The translations under genes were made by a program, and so were the position numbers. DNA of 64,000 nucleotides from Alphaproteobacteria bacterium (GTDB lineage: Bacteria > Pseudomonadota > Alphaproteobacteria > UBA2966). The notes beneath the pieces were generated by a model that saw nothing but the letters and a program-made list of their open reading frames with translations, did no database searches and was not told the origin of the DNA. This document shows, in pieces, positions 57,333-64,000 of this stretch (within the stretch, counting starts at the first letter, position 1; each line of letters opens with the position of its first letter). The DNA lies in the NCBI GenBank assembly GCA_964291395.2, contig OZ219856.1, positions 800,001 through 864,000 of the forward strand, in the 5' to 3' direction.

Positions 57333-58514
57333 TCAGCCGGCGAACGCCGAGATACCCGTTTGCGCGCGACCGAGGACGAGGGCGTGGATATCGTGCGTGC
57401 CCTCGAGCGTGTTGACGACTTCCATGTTCATGATGTGACGGATCACCCCGAATTCGTCGGAGATCCCGTTGCCGCCCAGCATGTCACGCGCCGTCCGCGC
57501 GATCTCCAAGGCTTTTCCCGCATTGTTGCGCTTCACGAGCGAGATCATCTCCGGCGTCGCGCGCCCTTCATCGGAGAGCCGGCTGATACGCAATGCCGCC
57601 TGCAGGCCCAGAGAGATCTCGGCCTGCATGTCGGCGAGCTTCCTTTGGATCAGTTGGGTCGCCGCCAGCGGCCGCCCGAACTGTTTGCGATCGAGCGCAT
57701 ACTGCCGGGCGGTATGCCAGCAGAATTCCGCGGCTCCCATGACGCCCCAGCCGATCGCGAAGCGGGCGCGAGTCAGGCATGACAGCGGCGCACGGAGACC
57801 GCGAGCCAAAGGCAAGCGGTTCTCCTCCGGGATGAAGACGTCGTCCATGACGATCTCGCCGGTCGGCGACGCGCGCGCCCCGAACTTGCCCCGCAAGGGC
57901 GGCGTGTCCATGCCGGTCATTCCGCGCTCCGCCAGAAAACCGCCGACCTCGCCCTCGTCGTCCCTCGCCCAGATCACCATGACGTGAGCGATCGGAGCAT
58001 GCGTGATCCATATCTTGGTCCCGTTGAGCCGGTAACCGCCTTCAACGGAGCGGGCTCGCGCCTCCATACCCGAGGGATCGGAGCCGTGATTGGGTTCCGT
58101 CAGGCCGAAACAGCCGAGGACTTCTCCTTTGGCCATCGCCGGTAGAAAACGCTGTTTCTGCTCCTCGCTTCCGAAGGCGTGTACGGCGCCCATGGCGAGG
58201 CCGGAGTGTGCGCCGACGGCCATGCGAAACGCGGAATCGACACGTTCGAGCTCGCGACCCACGACACCGTAAGCGACGTGGCTGAGGCCGGGGCACCCAT
58301 ACCCCTCGAGCGTCCCGCCGAGGAATCCCATCTCGGCGAACTCGCGCATAATCCCGCTATCGAACCGTTCGTGGCGGTTCCACTCCAGGATCAGGGGCGC
58401 CAGCCGGTCTTGCGCGAACCGGCGGGCGACGTCCCTGATGAGGCGCTCCTCCTCGTCGAGCTGATCGTCGAGAAGAAGCGGATCGCTCCAGTCGAACGCG
58501 GTCTCGGCGGCCAA
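57333..58514 (-). CDS. gcdH: Acyl-CoA dehydrogenase (glutaryl-CoA dehydrogenase-like)
   Basis: [45 protein letters not shown]. Confidence 0.85.
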   Translation of the reverse strand: MAAETAFDWSDPLLLDDQLDEEERLIRDVARRFAQDRLAPLILEWNRHERFDSGIMREFAEMGFLGGTLEGYGCPGLSHVAYGVVGRELERVDSAFRMAVGAHSGLAMGAVHAFGSEEQKQRFLPAMAKGEVLGCFGLTEPNHGSDPSGMEARARSVEGGYRLNGTKIWITHAPIAHVMVIWARDDEGEVGGFLAERGMTGMDTPPLRGKFGARASPTGEIVMDDVFIPEENRLPLARGLRAPLSCLTRARFAIGWGVMGAAEFCWHTARQYALDRKQFGRPLAATQLIQRKLADMQAEISLGLQAALRISRLSDEGRATPEMISLVKRNNAGKALEIARTARDMLGGNGISDEFGVIRHIMNMEVVNTLEGTHDIHALVLGRAQTGISAFAG

Positions 58515-58524
58515 CGGTCGGCTG

Positions 58525-59727
58525 CTACACCCGCTCGAGCACGGCGGCGATACCTTGGCCGACGCCGATGCACATCGAGACGAGCGCGTAGCGCCCGTTC
58601 TGGCGCTCGAGCTGACGGGCGGCCGTCAACGCGATCCGCGGGCCCGAAGCGCCCAGCGGGTGACCGATGGTGATGGCCCCGCCGTTGGGATTGACCCGGC
58701 TGTCGTCTTCGGCGATGCCCAGGCCTTTCAGACAGGCGAGAACCTGGGCGGCAAAAGCTTCGTTGATCTCGACCACATCCATGTCGTCGAGCGTCAGTCC
58801 GGCCCGCTCCAGCGCTTTCTTCGCGGCTGGAACCGGACCGAATCCCATGGTGCGCGGCGGCACGCCGGCTACCGCGGAAGAGACGACGCGGACACGCGGT
58901 TCGGCGCCCGCTTTCTCGCCCGCCGCGCGGCTGGCGATGATCATGGCGACCGCACCGTCGTTGATGCCCGAGGCGTTGCCCGCGGTCGTTACGCCGTCGG
59001 GAAACAGGGGTTTGAGTTTGGCGAGGCCGTCCGCCGACGTTTCTGGGCGGGGATGTTCGTCGTCTTCGACGGTCACGTCGGGCTGCTTTCGCGTTCCCGC
59101 GATGGTGACCGGCATGATTTCATCGTTATAGAAGCCGTCCGCCTTGGCGGCCGCATATTTCGACTGCGACGCCGCTGCGAAGGCGTCGCAGGAGTCACGC
59201 GTGAGCTGGAATTCCATCGCCAGGTTGTCGGCCGTCTGCGGCATCGTGTCGCCGCCGTGGTCCTGCTCGATCTTCGGGTTGGGGAAACGCGCGCCGAGCG
59301 ACGACTCGAACACGCCGAGATTCTTGGCGTAGGGCGATTCGGCCTTGCCGACGACGAACGGCGCCCGCGTCATGCTCTCGACCCCGCCCGCGACGATCAC
59401 GTCGGCCTCGTGGCAGGTTATCGCGTGCGCGGCCGTGATGATGGCGTTCAGGCCGCTGCCGCAGTTGCGCTGCAATACCGTTCCCGGGACCTCGACCGGA
59501 AGGCCGGCCAGCAGGGCCGCGTGTCGGGCAACGCACCGGCTGTCCTCTCCGGCCTGATTGGCGCAGCCGACATGCACGTCCTCTATCGAGTCCGCGCCGA
59601 ACGGCGAGTCATCGACGACGCCCTTCATCACCTGCCCGAGCAGATCGTCCGGACGGATGCGCGCGAGAGCACCGGCGTTGCGGCCGAAGGCCGAGCGGCG
59701 GCCGTCGTAAATGTAGGCGTCCAGCAT
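58525..59727 (-). CDS. Thiolase (3-oxoadipyl-CoA thiolase-like)
   Basis: [36 protein letters not shown]. Confidence 0.9.
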   Translation of the reverse strand: MLDAYIYDGRRSAFGRNAGALARIRPDDLLGQVMKGVVDDSPFGADSIEDVHVGCANQAGEDSRCVARHAALLAGLPVEVPGTVLQRNCGSGLNAIITAAHAITCHEADVIVAGGVESMTRAPFVVGKAESPYAKNLGVFESSLGARFPNPKIEQDHGGDTMPQTADNLAMEFQLTRDSCDAFAAASQSKYAAAKADGFYNDEIMPVTIAGTRKQPDVTVEDDEHPRPETSADGLAKLKPLFPDGVTTAGNASGINDGAVAMIIASRAAGEKAGAEPRVRVVSSAVAGVPPRTMGFGPVPAAKKALERAGLTLDDMDVVEINEAFAAQVLACLKGLGIAEDDSRVNPNGGAITIGHPLGASGPRIALTAARQLERQNGRYALVSMCIGVGQGIAAVLERV

Positions 59728-59765
59728 GACGTATGAACCTCCCTCGTTCGATTTCGGGCTGCCGC

Positions 59766-61292
59766 TCAATCCTCGGGCGTGAGCAGCGACACCCCCAGTT
59801 GCGCCCGCCGGCGAAGCCATGGGGTCGGGCGGTAGCGCGGATCGCCCGTGATTCTGTAGATGTTTTGAAGGACTCGCAAGATCGTGGCGGGACCCACGGC
59901 ATCGCCCCAGGCCAGCGGTCCGTAGGGATAGGCGAGGGCGAGGGTGACGGCCTGATCGATGTCCTCGGGTGTCGAGGTGCGCGCCTGAGCTACCGCACAG
60001 CCGATGTTGACGATCATCGCGACCACCCGCTGGGCCACGAAACCCGGGCCGTCATTGATGACCGTCGCGGGCACGTCCCCGCCGCCGAAAAGGCCGTGCG
60101 CGGCGGCGGCCGAACCGGGCGTCGTGACCGGCGTCCGCATCAGGGTCCAGCGGCGGTTGGCGCCGAACAACGTGTCCACGGCGATGGTGCGCGTCCCGTC
60201 TAGACCCTGGTCCACGGCCGCGGTGGTAGCGTCCTCGCCGACCGGCGTGACTAAAATGAGGGCATCGCTGGACGGTCGCTCACCTCTCTCCAGCTTGCCA
60301 CCCACTTCGATGACGGCATCCCTCAGGCTTGCGGCGGCCTCTGGTTCCGCGCTGCTGATCCAGACGGGACGGCCGTCATACGCGGGGGCCTCGGGTTCCG
60401 CCTGCCCGACGGGATCGCCGTCGGGGTATTCATAAAATCCCCGGCCTACCTTGCGGCCCAAAAGGCCGGCTTCGCGCCGCAAGGACATCATCAGCGAAGG
60501 CCGGAACCGAGGCTCGCCGTAGAACTGCCGATAGATCATCTCGGTCGCGGGATGCGTGGTGTCCAACGCCGTGAGATCCATGAGTTCGAACGGTCCCATG
60601 CGGAACCCGATCCCGTCACGCAGGATGCGATCGATGTCGTACCAGCCGGCGACACCGTCTTCGACTACATGCGCCGATTCTATGGTGAACCCACGCCCGA
60701 TCTGATTGACGAGAAAGCCGGGCGCGTCGCCGACCTTGACCGCGACACGGCCCATGCGTTTGCCGAGATCGAGCAAGGTCTCCGCAACCCCCGGGCCGGT
60801 GCGCGCGCCCTCGATCACCTCGACGAGCCGCATCAACGGCACCGGGTTGAAAAAGTGCATCCCGGCGATCCGTTCCGGCTTCCGGCACGAGGCGGCGATG
60901 AGTGTGACGGAGAGAGACGACGTGTTGCTGGCCAGGATCGCGTCTTCGGACACGATCGTCTCGAGCTCGGCAAACACCTGTCGCTTGATCTCCAGATCCT
61001 CGACGACCGCTTCAATGACGATGGCGCAGGGCGCCAAGCCGTCGGCCGAGTTCACGATCTCGATGTTTCCCCGCGCCGTTTCCGCGTCCGCCGCTTCCAT
61101 GCGGCCGCGCTCCACGGCCCGGTCGAGCATCTTGCCGATGAAAGTGACCGCGTCCACCGCAGCCGCCGCGTCGGCGTCGAACAGTTTCACGTAGCATCCG
61201 CCGACGGCGGCAACTTGGGCGATACCGCGGCCCATGGTGCCCGCGCCGATGACGCCGACGATCAACTCATCACGGGTCGCGTCGATGGACAC
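59766..61292 (-). CDS. 3-hydroxyacyl-CoA dehydrogenase (PaaH-like)
   Basis: GAGTMGRGIAQ, SNTSSL, GMHFFNPVPLM, GFRMGPFELMD. Confidence 0.92.
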   Translation of the reverse strand: MSIDATRDELIVGVIGAGTMGRGIAQVAAVGGCYVKLFDADAAAAVDAVTFIGKMLDRAVERGRMEAADAETARGNIEIVNSADGLAPCAIVIEAVVEDLEIKRQVFAELETIVSEDAILASNTSSLSVTLIAASCRKPERIAGMHFFNPVPLMRLVEVIEGARTGPGVAETLLDLGKRMGRVAVKVGDAPGFLVNQIGRGFTIESAHVVEDGVAGWYDIDRILRDGIGFRMGPFELMDLTALDTTHPATEMIYRQFYGEPRFRPSLMMSLRREAGLLGRKVGRGFYEYPDGDPVGQAEPEAPAYDGRPVWISSAEPEAAASLRDAVIEVGGKLERGERPSSDALILVTPVGEDATTAAVDQGLDGTRTIAVDTLFGANRRWTLMRTPVTTPGSAAAAHGLFGGGDVPATVINDGPGFVAQRVVAMIVNIGCAVAQARTSTPEDIDQAVTLALAYPYGPLAWGDAVGPATILRVLQNIYRITGDPRYRPTPWLRRRAQLGVSLLTPED

Positions 61293-61295
61293 GGT

Positions 61296-62066
61296 TCATT
61301 CTCCCTTGAACTGCGGCGCGCGCTTTTCGATGAAGGCCCGCATGCCTTCGGCCTGGTCGTCGGTGTCGAACAGGAATTCCAGCGAACGGCGTTCCAGGAT
61401 CAAGCCCGTTTCCAATGCCGCGTCGGCGCCGGCAAGGACCGCTTCCTTCGTAAAGCGGACGGCAATCGGCGGCAGGGCGGCGATGGTCTTCGCCAACTCC
61501 AGCGCACGGTCGACGACTCTGTCGTCGGGGACGACCTCGCTCGCGAGGCCCATGTCGTAGGCCTCCCGGCCATCGATCATCTCGCCCGTGAGCAGCAATT
61601 TCATGGCCTTGTACTTGCCGACGGCGCGGGTGAGGCGTTGTGTCCCGCCACCGCCCGGCATAATCCCGACGCGGACCTCTGGCTGGCCGAACTTGGCGTT
61701 CTCCCCGGCAATGATCATATCCGCGTGCATGGCTAATTCGCAGCCGCCGCCGAGCGCATAGCCGTTCACCGCGGCGATGACGGGGTGCGGACAATCGGAG
61801 ATGACCTTCCAGAGCTGCCGAATGCCGAGAGACACCCAGTCGCGCGGACGCATCGTCGACATCTCCTTCAGGTCCGCGCCGGCGGCGAAGGTGCGCTCGT
61901 CCCCCGTGACGACGATGCATCGGACGCTCACGTCGTCGGAAAGTTCACGAAAGGCTGCGACCAAGGCCTTTCGGGTGGGCAAATCGAGGGCGTTTCGGGC
62001 TTCCGGTCTGTTGAGCTTCACCAGAGCGACGTGATCAGCGGGGTGTTCAACGAGGACGAGTGGCAC
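61296..62066 (-). CDS. Enoyl-CoA hydratase
   Basis: LNRPEARNAL, FAAGADL, GYALGGGCELA, GQPEVRVGIMPGGGGTQRL. Confidence 0.93.
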   Translation of the reverse strand: MPLVLVEHPADHVALVKLNRPEARNALDLPTRKALVAAFRELSDDVSVRCIVVTGDERTFAAGADLKEMSTMRPRDWVSLGIRQLWKVISDCPHPVIAAVNGYALGGGCELAMHADMIIAGENAKFGQPEVRVGIMPGGGGTQRLTRAVGKYKAMKLLLTGEMIDGREAYDMGLASEVVPDDRVVDRALELAKTIAALPPIAVRFTKEAVLAGADAALETGLILERRSLEFLFDTDDQAEGMRAFIEKRAPQFKGE

Positions 62067-62093
62067 TTCCTTCCTCCTTGGCGTTGTGTTGAC

Positions 62094-64000
62094 TCAGCGC
62101 GGTTCGGTGGAGAGAACCAGCCAATCGACGGCCACCACTCCGTCCGACTTGGCGAAAACGGGATTAAGGTCGATTTCCGCGATTTCGGGATGAGCGACTG
62201 CGAATTGGGATAGCGCCATGAGGGCATCCGTGAGCGAATCCAGATCAACGGCCGGTTGGCCGCGCACGCCCTGCAGAACCGCCCGGCCTTTGAGGGATTC
62301 GATCATCAGCGGGACATCGCCGCGCGCGAGCGGGGCCCTCGCAAACGTGACATCCTTCAATGTTTCGACGAGGATGCCGCCGAGCCCCACCATCACCACG
62401 GGGCCGAATACGGGGTCACGGCGCAATCCGATGACCAGTTCCGTTCCCGACTCCGCCATCGGCTGAACGATGACCCCATCTATCCGGGCATCGGCGCGGT
62501 GTTCGGAGGCCGCGGCGAGAACATCATCCACTGCCGCCCTGATCTCACCGGTCGACGCAAGGCCGAGCCGGACTCCGTCTGCGTCGGACTTGTGCGGAAT
62601 GTCGGGTGATTCGATCTTGACGGCGGCGGGCATACCGAGACGCTCGGCGATCCTCGCCGCCGTATCGGCATCAGTCGCGAGTGCCGCGTCCACGACGGGG
62701 ATGCCGGCGTCTACCAGCAGGCTTCGCGCGGCGATGCTCGGGAGTGGCCGGGCACCATCGGTTCCGCTTGGCGTAGCCGTGTCGTTGCCGGGCCGGGTCG
62801 TTCCCCGTAGGCGGCGTCGGGCTTCGCCGTACGCGTGCAAGCCGGCCACGACGTCGATGGTCCGCTCGGTCGCGCCGATCACGAAGATGCCTTCTTCACG
62901 CAGTCTGGCCAACGCCGCCTCCGGCGCCGCGAGCCAGCAAACGACGAACGGCTTCCGTACCGAGCGTTTCAATTCCAGGAACACGTCGATCAGCTCGTCG
63001 ACAAACGCGTTCATGAGTTGGAACCAGACCACCGCGATGTCTATCGCGGGGTCGGCAAGCGCGATCTTCACGCTCTCGGTCAGAACGTTGGGCTCCGCGA
63101 TGAATTGCGCCGTGAGATCCACCGGATTTGCCGGTACGCCGAAGGGAGGGATCACTTCGCGCAGTCGCGCCTGCGTGTCTTCGCCGAGGACGGGGATCTC
63201 CAGGCCGAGTTCCTCCGCGCGATCCGCCATCAGCGCGGCGGCGCCGCCCGACTGCGTGATGATCGCAACTCCAGGTCCTTGCGGTGCTGAGCAGGTGGCG
63301 AAGGCCGAGACGAGATCCAACATGTGCTCTTCGTTGCGTGCGCGGATGATTCCGTGTTGCCGGGCGACGCCGTCGAACACGGCATCCTCTCCGGCCAGTG
63401 CACCGGTGTGCGAGGCGGCGGCCCTGACCCCGGCGGCCTTGCGTCCGACCTTGGTGAGGACCAGCGGTTTGTCGAGCCGGATCGCTTTGTCTGCGAGGCG
63501 CAGCAAGCTCTGAGGACTCTTCAGGCCTTCCATGTAGGCGGCAGCGACGTCGATTCGGTCGTCCTCCAGCAACTGTTCGAGCACTTCGGTCAACGTGATG
63601 TCGACTTCGTTTCCCGTGTTCACGAAGTAGCCGAACCCCACGCCTCTATTTCTGGCGAGTGCCGCAATCCCCGTACCGAAAGCGCCGGACTGGCTCGCAA
63701 ACGCGACCGGCCCGACCACGGGCGGCTCGAAGGCGTATTGGCTGAAGGTCGCGGTCACGCCGTCGAAGGCATTGATGACGCCGAGGTTGTTGGGCCCGCA
63801 GATGCGGATGCCTGTCTTGCGCGCGGCGTCCAATAGATCCCGTTCCAGGCGTTGACCGTCGTCCCCCATTTCGCCGAATCCGGCGCTGAAAACGATGGCG
63901 GTCCGTGTTCCCTTGCGGCCGAGAGCTTCGACCGCGGCGACCACGCGCTTGGCCGCCACGGCGACAATCGCCATGTGGGGCGCTTCGGGAAGCGATTCCA
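62094..64000 (-). CDS. Acetate-CoA ligase (ADP-forming) family, 5'-partial
   Basis: GPNNLG, SQSGA, AASHTGALAG, NPVDLT, HKSDADGV, EIDLNP. Confidence 0.92.
   Translation of the reverse strand, partial: ESLPEAPHMAIVAVAAKRVVAAVEALGRKGTRTAIVFSAGFGEMGDDGQRLERDLLDAARKTGIRICGPNNLGVINAFDGVTATFSQYAFEPPVVGPVAFASQSGAFGTGIAALARNRGVGFGYFVNTGNEVDITLTEVLEQLLEDDRIDVAAAYMEGLKSPQSLLRLADKAIRLDKPLVLTKVGRKAAGVRAAASHTGALAGEDAVFDGVARQHGIIRARNEEHMLDLVSAFATCSAPQGPGVAIITQSGGAAALMADRAEELGLEIPVLGEDTQARLREVIPPFGVPANPVDLTAQFIAEPNVLTESVKIALADPAIDIAVVWFQLMNAFVDELIDVFLELKRSVRKPFVVCWLAAPEAALARLREEGIFVIGATERTIDVVAGLHAYGEARRRLRGTTRPGNDTATPSGTDGARPLPSIAARSLLVDAGIPVVDAALATDADTAARIAERLGMPAAVKIESPDIPHKSDADGVRLGLASTGEIRAAVDDVLAAASEHRADARIDGVIVQPMAESGTELVIGLRRDPVFGPVVMVGLGGILVETLKDVTFARAPLARGDVPLMIESLKGRAVLQGVRGQPAVDLDSLTDALMALSQFAVAHPEIAEIDLNPVFAKSDGVVAVDWLVLSTEPR

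Overview
High-GC window, probably alphaproteobacterial; the TA, Sel1-repeat and GPP34 content resembles host-associated (e.g. sponge-symbiont) genomes, which is inference. A catabolic backbone (BVMO, AtuA pair, TauD, amidohydrolases, agmatinase-like, carboxyltransferase, PuuE/M20/D-aminoacylase, TRAP transporter, acyl-CoA beta-oxidation cluster) is interrupted by accessory DNA. Highlights: (i) a GrdB/PrdB-like gene split by an in-frame UGA in a UxxC motif with a downstream stem-loop, a likely selenoprotein; (ii) a 4.8-kb Mu-like lysis plus DNA-packaging operon with all frames open but no head, tail or transposase genes, followed by hipBA and SRAP; (iii) about 11 toxin-antitoxin modules or relics, several between 60-73 bp direct repeats, including a twice-repeated [SRAP]-[TA slot]-[73-bp repeat] unit; (iv) an AAA-ATPase/RloB/TIR defence-like operon next to a truncated Abi gene with a divergent promoter-hairpin (candidate small RNA); (v) a repeat-bounded Zur-box islet; (vi) many gene relics (integrases, IS3/IS21 ends, tRNA 3' fragments, dndC, SIR2-like). 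No CRISPR array, rRNA or complete tRNA was seen. Family calls come from motif recognition only; no database search was run. Some single-base frameshifts in homopolymers may be sequencing errors.
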